A stretch of DNA of 59,250 nucleotides, counting the filler, from Basidiobolus ranarum (Eukaryota), in NCBI GenBank assembly GCA_040143965.1. It is 11 parts of 11 records of this genome, joined end to end, with 100 filler letters (N's around TTAATTAATTAA, not from the genome) between each part and the next. Parts side by side here need not be neighbours in the genome. Positions count along the whole stretch, not along the records: positions 48,575 to 53,863 come from JASJQH010001646.1; positions 53,964 to 59,250 come from JASJQH010001647.1; 9 more parts are not named here. One strand, written 5' to 3'. Every line of letters starts with the position of its first letter. Position 1 is the first letter of the stretch. Shown piece after piece: positions 48,779 to 59,250 of the stretch. The position numbers and the translations under genes are program-made. The notes beneath the pieces were generated by a model. That model saw only the letters and a program-made list of their open reading frames with translations. It had not been told where the DNA came from and did not search any database.

Positions 48779-51663
48779 GATGTTGAATTATTATTAGGTT
48801 CTTGGATTAAAGTCTATTTTGCGTTCAATTAAAAAGTACGGATCAACACTCTCGATGTTCGAGATGTGCTATTATTCAGGTGTAGATATCTAGAGAATGT
48901 ATGTTCAGTCTGTACTCCACTGCTTCGTTTTATAGTATCAATCACTCACCATATTGGTGCTATCAATGCAAATATTGACTTTGTTGAAGAGCTGTGCCGA
49001 TTTGTTGATGCAATGCCGGCATATAGCTAGGTTTCCCAATTTGCCCACCGAATGTTAAACTCAGTCACATCGCAATCCCGATCTCACGAGGACCTATTCC
49101 CCAATAGTCAGTATTCTTTCTTAAATAGTTAGTACTAATATAGAATCTCAAGTATAGTAATTTTATCATTCTTTTGTCATCATAACAAATGATTGAGCAG
49201 GCTTGCTGGAACAAATGAGTGATGAATATCTCCTAAAAATAGAAATCTAACTTCATACCGTTCCTAATTTAGCATTATTCTTGACCCCATTGAAAGCGAA
49301 GCTAATTCCGAGATGCGGATAATAATATGCTTACCGAAAAAAGGAACGCTGGTTCGATTTATCGATTTGACCAAAGTATCGCTTTTAAACACTACCAAAT
49401 CCATCTGGATATTTCTAGTCTCTTTTGGTATTCTTTCTTCTATATTTCGCGCATTGCTTACTGCCGATATTATTTTGGAGGGTCATTGAGAGATATTCGT
49501 AACTGGAGCTAGAGATTTACCATTTATTTGGCTTCACACTTTCAGGTTACTCAGCTTCCGCAGAGCTGGGGTTCGATCCTTGTCCGTGCTATCGGATTCT
49601 ATTGTGCTCTTATCGATAATGCTTCCAACTCTCGGATTTCTCAATTTGTTTTAAAAATTTCGTGTCTAAAAATAAATTTACCCGACATGATTGAACTAGT
49701 GTACAATGGAACACTGTATATTTGTTGGATATATCTATCTACTTGCCAATTTCGGAACGGTACTGACATTTTAACCTTACTGTTGAATTGGCTAATTGAC
49801 CGCCATTCAGCAATAGGGGTAATGGTATACTAAATTCGTACTTACAAGAAAGCACTCCGATATGTGATGTTAGTTACAGCAATGCACAGTATTGTTCTGA
49901 TAATACATCGAGTTAACTTTTGAATGCTTAGAGTCGGAGTTGTCTTGAGACTTGGATGCAACTAACCCGTATCTAAGCTTTAGCTTTCCATTAATAGTAT
50001 TTCTCCAACTACATGTGTAGCTTTCTAGGTCAACTTTTTTTTAATTCTAGAATCGTTTCAAGTATTCATTTTAACCGCAGATCAAAACCTAAAAATCTGA
50101 CCATGCCCTCTTGATATATATTGGGAACTGGATCGCTGCTTATGATGACTCTATTTTCCATATTAAGCTCATCCGATGTACACACGTGTTGGATTATCCG
50201 AAACAATTAATTGATTTCTGTGGATATAGAGTTACGTTACAGAATAATATATTCCAGTGAACACGCGGCTCCAAGTAATCAAATATACCAATACGCCAAT
50301 GGATAAGAGTACGATTACTCTTGATATAGCTCAATATCATATTCGAGTTCTGTCTCCCGAAGTCCAAATCCCGGATAATAACGGCGTTGAAAAGCAGATC
50401 GGCCTCGCCAGATATATTTGTTACGGAACCCTCATGCATCTAAATAGATTGATATGAGGAATTGGTGCCTATCCAGAGCGTAATGACTTATTTCATGCTA
50501 TAAAGCCAATATAAACGGATTGAGCGACCACAATAAAATAAGCTAGATGTTTATTGATAATAGATATATCTAAAAAGGTATTTGTATGCTCCTATTGACG
50601 AAAACAGCCGATATTCCTATTCTAATTAGGGTAGTTTACGCTTGCTTACGCATGAATGGGACATCCTCGAGGAATTGCGAGGAATAGCTATAATAGTCAG
50701 AAAGATAGATATACTCCATAACAGACTTTTCTACCACTACAGTCATTCTCTTCGTCTGTGTATTTTTCATGCTAGTATTCGTATACTGAATACACTACTT
50801 AAGTTATTAAACAAAGCGGGAAACCAACTTCGTTACTTACAGCAATCATACGCAATCATATTCAATCAACAAATAAAGTATTTCGTTTAATAACCAAGGT
50901 GAACTTTAATTGTGCTTTGTGAGTTTATTTTGAAATCAATCCAAATAAGATTTGATTTAGCTAGAAGTTAAAACTCTAGTTAAGGTACTCACCATATCGC
51001 TGACTTAAGAACATAGGAGTAATGTTGGGCAAATGACCCAAGTGTAACCGTAATCACCGTACTAATGGATTCAATCCCGATTGTGAGCATTATAACATAA
51101 ACCAGAAATAATTGATACATGTAACACATTCCAGTTTTCAGAGTTCCGTTATATTCCAGGATATAATACACGAGCTAAACCTCGGGATAAATTGAACCTG
51201 CCGCTTTAGCAATTAATTGAATGTCCCATCTTGGCATCCCGAGGATTGATCAAATGCCAATAAGATACATGCATAGGTTCAACCGCTTGTAATGTAGACA
51301 TTAATTCAAATAAATGCACCAATTTGAGGAACCTGATGGGCGAAGATTTGGGGGATATATTAGTCGAACTGTAGATGGTGAATCCAAATGATTGCAATTG
51401 ATAAAACTGATAATAAAGTACTACATTATGGTAAATACATGAATTAAAATCATGAATAAATATTTACCTAATCGGAGGAAATCATTATTGCTACATTTAA
51501 CCGAACTCCAGCACATCTTTAATAGATCGTATGAATGAATTTACTTGACGGCTAACCCTGTATGAGGATAGCTACAGGTTACACCCGAACAAAGGAGATG
51601 TATGCACCTTTCGATAACGACTACGACATAATTTTTTTATTTGGTAAACCGATAGCGTTGGCC

Positions 51664-51713
51664 TGAGTGGTGGGTGGTATAGTGATCTTGAGTGGTGCGT
51701 GGTCTAGTGATCT
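51664..51713. repeat. 2 x 25-bp tandem repeat just upstream of a TATA-like box (TATAAAA 51741) of the ABCG gene
   Basis: TGAGTGGTGGGTGGTATAGTGATCT / TGAGTGGTGCGTGGTCTAGTGATCT. Confidence 0.8.
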
Positions 51714-51893
51714 AATGACATAACAGCATACCAGTAAAAATATAAAAGCTAGGGACAGCCGCAACTATCAAGATTCAAAGTATCAACCATAGTTCCCTTA
51801 TTACATCCACTAATCTTCCGGTGAGCAAAGAGCATCGCTCAATAATACCTACATAGACGCTGATATTTTCCCATCGGTACACCTAATACTATA

Positions 51894-53863
51894 ATGATGA
51901 TGAACAACAATTCCGAGGACTCAGAACCAAATGAAAGAAATAGTCAACCTGAGGACCAGACTACCAGCGGGATTGACGAATTGACCATGGTCGAAAGCGG
52001 GGAGAGAGCTACTGGAGGACAGTGGGGTGGCCGCAGTATGGTTAACGTCGAGTCAGCCGAACAGGAGTTCAAAGATCTTGGTCGTACTCTTACCCGTGAA
52101 ACTGCACTACAACGTATTGCTACCAAGCACAGTAAACTTGGTGCCTCTGAGCTTGAGAAAGGAGGGGCTGAAGCACCGGATTTCGATCTATCCGATTTCT
52201 TGACCGAAACATCTAATGCTAGTGACAGAGAAGGTATCAAGCACAAGCGTATGGGTGTGACATTTAAGAACCTTACGGTTGTTGGTGAAGGAGCTGATGC
52301 TTCTCACATCTCGGATCTGTTCACACCCTTAGAGATCTTTGGCCAATGGCTTAACCCCAAGAACTGGTTCGGCAAAAGCCAACGTGGTACTGACTTTGAT
52401 ATTCTTCATGAAATCACTGGATTCTGTAGAGACGGGGAAATGTTGTTGGTGCTAGGCCGTCCAGGATCTGGCTGTTCCACGTTCTTGCGCGTGATCGCAA
52501 ACAACACTGAAGACTACAAAGCAGTAACCGGAGAAGTGGCCTATGGCGGAGTTTGTGCCAAGGAATTCAAGAAGTACCGTGGTGATAGTGTGTACGTTAT
52601 GGAAGAAGATGTGCACTATCCCACATTGACAGTTTCCCAGACCTTGCAGTTTGCCCTGAAGACTAAAACACCCGGTAAACGTCTGCCTAACCAGACAAGA
52701 AAGATGTTTGTAAAAAGTATTCTTCATATGCTGGGAAGTATGTTCGGCTTGAACAAGGCTATGAATACCCTTGTTGGTAATGAGTTTGTCAGAGGTCTTT
52801 CCGGTGGTGAAAGAAAGCGTCTTAGGTAAGTTAAATATCATGAAAGTCAATAGGACTTTATTTCATGCTACAATACGATCTTGATCACTAATATATTTCT
52901 TCACAGTATCGCTGAAGCTATGGCCTCCAGAAGTGCCATCAATTGTTGGGATTGCAGTACCAGAGGTTTGGACGCAGCAAGTGCTCTTGATTATGCCAAG
53001 TCTCTAAGAGTCATGAGCAACACTCTCCACAAGACCACTATTGCTTCATTCTACCAAGCATCAGAGAGTATCTACTATCAGTTTGACAAGGTGATCATTC
53101 TTGATAAAGGAAGATGTATCTTCCTTGGGCCAGTACATAGAGCGAAATCATACTTTGAAGAACTTGGATTTGTATGTCCCTCGCGAAAGAGTACACCCGA
53201 TTTCTTGACTGGTATTACCAATCCTCATGAAAGAGTGGTTGCTCCTGGGTGGGAAGGAAAAACTCCAAGAACCGCTGTCGATTTTGAGCAAGCATTCCGA
53301 GCATCTTCAGACTACAAGGTTCTCCTAGAGGAAATGAAGCATTATGATCGCTGGATCGAGGAACAACACCCAGCTGACGAATTCAAAGACCATTTGCGCG
53401 AAGCTAAAGCAAAGACACTTCCTAAGAAATCGCCTTACACTACATCCTACTTCTCCGAGATCAAAGCGTTGATTGTGCGTCAATCTCAATTGATTTGGGG
53501 TGACAAAGCCTCACTTGTGTCCAGAGCATTCTCTGTGACATCCAAGGGTTTGATTTACGCCTCTGTTTTCTATCTCATGCCCCTTACAGGCCTTGGAACA
53601 TTCTCTCGCGGTGGTGCTCTGTTCTCAGTTGTACTTTTCATGTCATTAGTATCTCAGTCTGAGCTACCGAACGCTCTGCAAGGGCGTGGAATTCTTCAGA
53701 AGCATAAAGCCTATGCCATGTATCATCCATCGTCATTCCATATTGCTCAGGTTATCTGTGATATTCCGGTCAACATTTTACAATCAATCGTCTTCTCATT
53801 CTGCAGTTATTTCATGTTTGGTCTCGATCTTCGTGCGGGTAAATTCTTCTTCTACTGGTTCAC
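51894..53863 (+). CDS. PDR-type ABCG transporter, N-terminal half (NBD1-TMD1); intron 52826-52906; 3'-truncated
   Basis: PDR-type Walker A GRPGSGCS, LSGGERKRLSIAE after splicing, CWDCSTRGLD, and STPDFLT. Confidence 0.95.
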
Positions 53864-54049
53864 NNNNNNNNNNNNNNNNNNNNNNNNNNNNNNNNNNNNN
53901 NNNNNNNTTAATTAATTAANNNNNNNNNNNNNNNNNNNNNNNNNNNNNNNNNNNNNNNNNNNNTATAGCGTATTTGATAGGATATAATTGTATATCTCAA
54001 TTGATTTGAAAATTGTTTTTTGATATTAAGAGAATTACTAGCTGTCAGA

Positions 54050-55270
54050 ATGTGCAAACCGTCCTCGCCTGGTTGTTGGAATAATCAACCGGCAAGATCA
54101 TCTAGTGGAAATACTCAGAGGTTCCTAAGAACTATGAAACTCTATATTATTATTAAAAAATGTGGTTTAGGTGTGCAAGTCCAAAGGGAAATCATGAGAA
54201 TGCTCTATGCTGGACATTAGGTATGAACTGAGTAAAGCAGATATCATGGTTGGGGAAGGAGAAACTGTTTGCCTCTAAATTTATTAACCTCTATATTGAA
54301 CTTCAATCAGAAAAGATGATTCAACAGATTAAAATCACCAAGTACACAAACAATATTAAAGCAAGGTATTGTAGTTTGGTGGTCAAAAACCACCAATTAC
54401 TGTGAGTATTCTTCAGAACTGTAATGCTACATTGTCAGGTGTTTTTTGGCCAAAAACCTACCTGAGTGGTTCCAGCTCCTGGTTGAGTATATGTGGTTAT
54501 TGATCAAAATGTTATACAGGTCATGAGATATAGAATACTTGTAGATATGATCCCAGTTCTGAGACTTCAGTCCCTGCAGAGAAATTGTTGCACACTATTG
54601 ACTTCCACATATTCAATCCACCAGACTGCAAAAAAGACCTCATCCTTGTGAGCAAGGAATTGATCAATATTTCTTTGGGAAAATATGCATACATCCTTCT
54701 AGCCAACAGAATCATGATTCAAGAATTCTTCAAGGGCACCACTGGGTGCATTTAGCAACAAATAGTGACATGCAACCTTGATAAGAGTGCAGAATTGGAT
54801 GGCACCAATCTTTTTGCCAAGACCATGCAGCACTCTTCTGACAAAACCTATGTTCAGGAATATATCAATAGCCCTAGTGGATATAAATCAACTACAACCA
54901 CCATGTGCAGATACAATATTTCTAAGAGAGACTGGAATTGCTCAAGCAGTGTGAGACTTTATGATCAGATCAAGGAAGTAGCTGGACTCATGAAAACTCC
55001 CAGATCTAGGGGACATTTTGCATTGCAGAAACTTAAAACCCCTTTAATGGTGCTAGAAGGATTTATTCCCAAGCTTTTAAGCTGCCCTCTTCTGGGAAGT
55101 AGAAGCACTGTAAATATATATATATATTGATTTTAAATTCAGCAATCATCTATCAAATTTGAAGAGATTCCTGGTACTCTGAGGGAATTGGGGAGCAGAG
55201 CTGTAAGCTTCCAAGGATGTCATTTGATTAGCAACCTTAAGCTATCACTTCACCAGTTATTCAGTTAGGT
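54050..55270 (+). mobile_element. Highly decayed, probably Ty3/gypsy-like integrase region
   Basis: REIMRMLYAGH and ILQNCN resemble the HHCC domain, and LDGTNLF resembles the second catalytic-Asp motif. Very CpG-poor. The similarity is weak. Confidence 0.4.
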
Positions 55271-55519
55271 GCTTGATCTGTTTAGTTGAAATATATTAGT
55301 TAATTTTAGAGTATTCTAGTTTGAACTAGGGCATGAAGTAAGGTACTTCACAACTTTTACTTGTCAAGGGGTGACTTGTCTTATTTTCAGGATATTCTTG
55401 TAAGAAATGCAAGCTGTGTGACTGCTATTAGTTTCACTAGTATCTTGGTGAGTTCAGAGTTGAACATATGCAAATAGCTTGGGTAAACTCAGCTTCAAAT
55501 GCTTCCCATCTCCAATGTT

Positions 55520-58500
55520 TCTAGGTACTGTAACTATTATCATTGGTTAGTAATCAGTGGCAATCTAATAACTCTGCCATAAATGCTCTGCCCACCCATT
55601 CTTTCTTGGCACCATACTCTTTGTCACTTAACGGTGATTTTTCACACTATATAAACTCTTTTTTAAGTGTTTTCATATTCATTGTTTGTACCAACAAACT
55701 CTTCATCATCATTCAGTTTTCTTTAAAACTTAGTAAACTTCACTATAAGTTTTTCTTAGCCACTTGTTTACTAGCACCACACCCTTTGTCATTTGTCAGT
55801 GGTCTTTTGTTCCTCATAGACTGTTCTTTAATTATTTCCTATACCTTGTTGAAGTTTATTGTCTTTATCATATTTGTTATCTCTGTCTTTATACATCTAA
55901 GTATTTCATATATTATGTATAAGTCAAGTTTACTTAGTGAAATATCACTTAACTGCAAATCAGAGCATATATCATATATATATGTGAATATTGTGAGAAT
56001 TAGCAATTCCATATTGGAAATTTCAAACTCATCCAAATTGCCCCAAAGATAGCTCATTTTACTCCCACACATGTTCTGAACACAACCCCAGGGTTGGTTT
56101 TCTGTATTTTTAACAAATGTATCAATGCTTTGTTTCTGGATAATAAATAATTATCTTACAAAGCTATTCACAACTCCACTTTTCTAAAGTTCCCCAAACA
56201 GCCTATATTTTCCCAATGTACCTCTTGTTGTGCAGCACCACACTGTTCATAAATTCTCAGTATATAATACTATTATATAAGTGTTGGTTCAGATGTTTTT
56301 CATACTAGTGGTTTTTTGGCACTATATGCTTTATCATTTGTGTGTAGTATCTGGCTCTTTGTAGGCTCTCCTTTTAGTCTTAAACATATGTGCTGTTTCT
56401 TGGCACTACCATTATTTAATCACAAGTATAATATCCCAATAAGGATCATGATGCTAATAAAAATATTAATTTCAGACAATTGCTTTAAATCATATTGTGA
56501 GTAAATATTTTGTCAACAAAGAACCTTTTATGCATCCCCATTTTTGTTTGGCATTTCATATAGATTTTGAAAAAGATCTGTTGTTATATAATATAGTTTA
56601 TTAATTCAACTATATTTATTTTTACACCAGAAAATATATACAAGTTCCACTTTTTGTACCATTTGTTATTATTTTATATTATATTTTGGTGTAATAATTG
56701 TAATCAAGGTTGTTAAAATAGAAGATGATGTCATTGTTCTATATGCAGATGTTGCTTCATGAGTGGGTTCAGGTTCTTTTACATCACTTTTAAGAATCAA
56801 ATTTCCAACTGTATCATCTTGGCTATCATCTTGTTTACATTATGTTAGTATAACAAACTGTTCTGAAAGTTTGCAAAAATAGAGATTCTTTCATTAATTA
56901 GTCAGCAGGTTTTAGCACTATATAGCCTTTCTTTAAATGTTTCCTATACTTGTCATTTCATTGCACCATTCCATTTGCTATTTGTCAATAAGCTTTTGCA
57001 CTTTATAAAATCAACATTATATGTCTTCCATACTCATTGATTCCTGGCACCATATGCTTTCTTGGTAGACTATCCCTTTTGTGTTTCCCATAACCATATT
57101 CTTCATCATTTATTAGTAGTCCTTGCAACTTAATAAACTAACTCTAGTTTAAGTATTTTCTAATTACTATATCTTGATACTATACCCTCCATCACTTGTC
57201 AGTTGTATTTAGCACTAGATAAAATATACTCTAAGAGTTTTCCATGCCAGTCACAACTTGGCACCCTATCCTTTGTGGCTTTCAGTAGTCTTTAGCACTT
57301 CTTTGCCACTTTATAGGCTTTCCTCAAAGTGTTTCCCACACCTATTGTTCTTGGCACCATACTTTTCATTGTTTGTCAATGGTCTTTAACTCTTTATACA
57401 CTCTCCTTTTAGTGTTTCCCATACTGCTTGTTTCTTGGCTCATGCCCTTTGTCATTTGCCAGTAGTCGTTAGCACTTTATAGACCCTCTTTTAACATCTT
57501 TCATACCTGAATTTTCTTGACACCATATGCTTTGTGTTTTGTCATTAATCTTTAGAGCTGCTTGGACTCTGCTTTAAGTGATTTCCATACCTGCTATTTT
57601 TTATAACCATACTCTTTATCATTTGTCAGCAGTCTTTAGCATTTTGTATACTCTCTGGAAAGCGATTTCAAAACCATTCTTTTCTTGACACCTTACCCTT
57701 TGTCCTTGATGAGTTTTTCATAGTCTTTGAATACTTCTTGGATTTTCATGCAACTGTTTCCCATACCCAGCATTTCTTGGCATCATATCCTTCATAATTT
57801 TTCAGTAGTCTCTTGCACTTTGTAGGCTTTCTTTAAAATGTCTCCCATATTGCTCATTTCTTGGACTCATACCATATGATATTCTTCAGTAGTCTCAAGC
57901 TCTGTGCAAACTCTCTGTTAACTGTTTCCCATAATGTTCATTTGTTATTACCACAACCTTTGTCACTTGTCAGTAATCTTTAGCACTTTGTTGACTCTCT
58001 TGTGAGTTTTTTGCCCACCTGCTATTTTTTGGCACCATAAGTCAATAATATCTGGATCAAGTCTTGGCTATACCTAAAAGTATCACTAGTCTTATTGCAT
58101 GTTGCTGGAAAGCTAAAGAATTCTTGTTTGGTATCTTCTGCATCAAGAGTATAGCAGTTGTGGCAACTGCACTACAAATTAAACCCTGTTGGTCATCTAA
58201 CCCTTGAACTCAATTATGTATTTGGGTTGTGGCATTTTGATATCTGAATTCTTTGATGGCACCTTGACAAATTTTTGGTCATCATACTTATCCTTCCCAC
58301 CATGTTTGCTCAGGGCTAATGCAAACATATCAGTCAATAGGACTGCCATTGCTATATTCTGGAGTTAAGACATGTTGACTACAGAGGTTAGAATATGGTA
58401 TATTTGAGTGTGGTGAGAATGGCATGATCAAGTATAGAAAATGTAGTACTACTAAAGTTTTGTAATTATTATTTACTTTAAAGCCCAAGTTGATAAGAAA

Positions 58501-59250
58501 GATTTGTGGTTAAAGAATTAAATTTACAATAACAACCATGTCATAAAGGCAAGAAACAGACCTAAGTAGATGCAGGCTTTGTTGAATCCATTGTTTCTTG
58601 GCACCATACTCTTAGTCATTTCATAGTGGTTTTTGGCACTGCATAATCCTTTTTTTTAAAGTGATTTTCATACTCATTGCTTGTTGTTAATAAGCGCTTC
58701 ATCATTTGTCAGTAGCATTTGGCTCTTCATAGTCTCTCCTTTAAGTCATTAACATATATGCCATTTCTTGGCACCATTCCCTTTGGCATTGATCAGTGGT
58801 CTTTAGCTACTTGTAGACCCTACTTCAAGTGTTATCTATACTTTTCATTTCTTGGCACCATACCCTTCATTGCTTGTCAGTAGCCAGTAGCCTTCAGCAC
58901 TGCGTAGACTCTCAAGTGTTTTCTGTATCAGTTATCTGTTATAACCACACCCTTCTTCGTTTTCACTAATCTTTAGCACTTCTTGACCACTTTATAGGCT
59001 TTCCTTTAAGTGTTCCCCATGCCCGTCGTTCTTGGCACCATACTCTTCATCATTTGTCCTAGGTCTTTAGCTCTCCTTATACTCTCCATTAGGTGTGTCC
59101 CATACCTGTCATTTGAGGCACCATACTCTTCATCATTTGTCAGTGGTCTTTAGCTCCCCGTATACTCTCCTTCAAGTATTTCCCATACCGCTCATTTCTT
59201 GGCACCATACCCTTACCATACCTTTTGTCGTTTACAAGCAGTCCTTACCA
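55520..59250. repeat. Degenerate ~84-bp tandem repeat array in four blocks (~55520-55870, 56290-56420, 56890-58040, 58575-59250)
   Basis: The anchor TTCTTGGCACCATAC and its variants recur. Successive spacings from 57260 are 93, 84, 82, 84, 84, 92, 84, 84, 84; from 58770 they are 84, 87, 93, 83, 84. Confidence 0.9.

Noticed and set aside
48900-51600. Several 60-100 aa ORFs in the spacer between the PDR genes
   Set aside because: No recognisable motifs, and several start at non-ATG codons. A decayed gene near 49400-50460 cannot be excluded but is unsupported.
40171-53863. Apparent transporter cluster (UapA, ABCB, two ABCG)
   Set aside because: The genes are on three different contigs that are adjacent only because of size sorting.
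55520-59250. Possible CRISPR-like array (recurring TTCTTGGCACCATAC)
   Set aside because: The sequence between anchors is homologous from unit to unit rather than unique spacers, there are no cas genes, and the context is eukaryotic.

Overview
This is eukaryotic fungal DNA with spliceosomal introns; the gene repertoire suggests an early-diverging fungus such as a Basidiobolus-like zoopagomycete (inference). It is not one locus. Eleven separate ~5.3 kb contigs, sorted by decreasing length (5305 to 5287 bp), are joined by artificial 100-nt spacers (44 N + TTAATTAATTAA + 44 N), so nothing can be inferred from adjacency across spacers. Genes: a CBM18+CE4 chitin deacetylase, a secreted protein with 24 GX3 repeats, partial ELG1, a guanine deaminase with a signal peptide, PRP38, a UapA-type purine permease plus an inverted near-identical copy, a partial ABCB transporter, a divergent pair of partial PDR-type ABCG transporters, and several hypothetical or stop-interrupted genes. 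Repeats: decayed, almost CpG-free Ty1/copia elements (three LTR families, solo LTRs with 5-bp TSDs, a half-tRNAiMet primer site), CACTA/EnSpm-like transposase relics, a gypsy-like integrase relic, and an ~84-bp tandem array that looks like a decayed coding repeat. The best candidate for a new system is the apparently secreted, N-glycosylated guanine deaminase. Together with the duplicated xanthine/urate permeases it could form an extracellular purine-nitrogen scavenging route, but that link is functional inference only.
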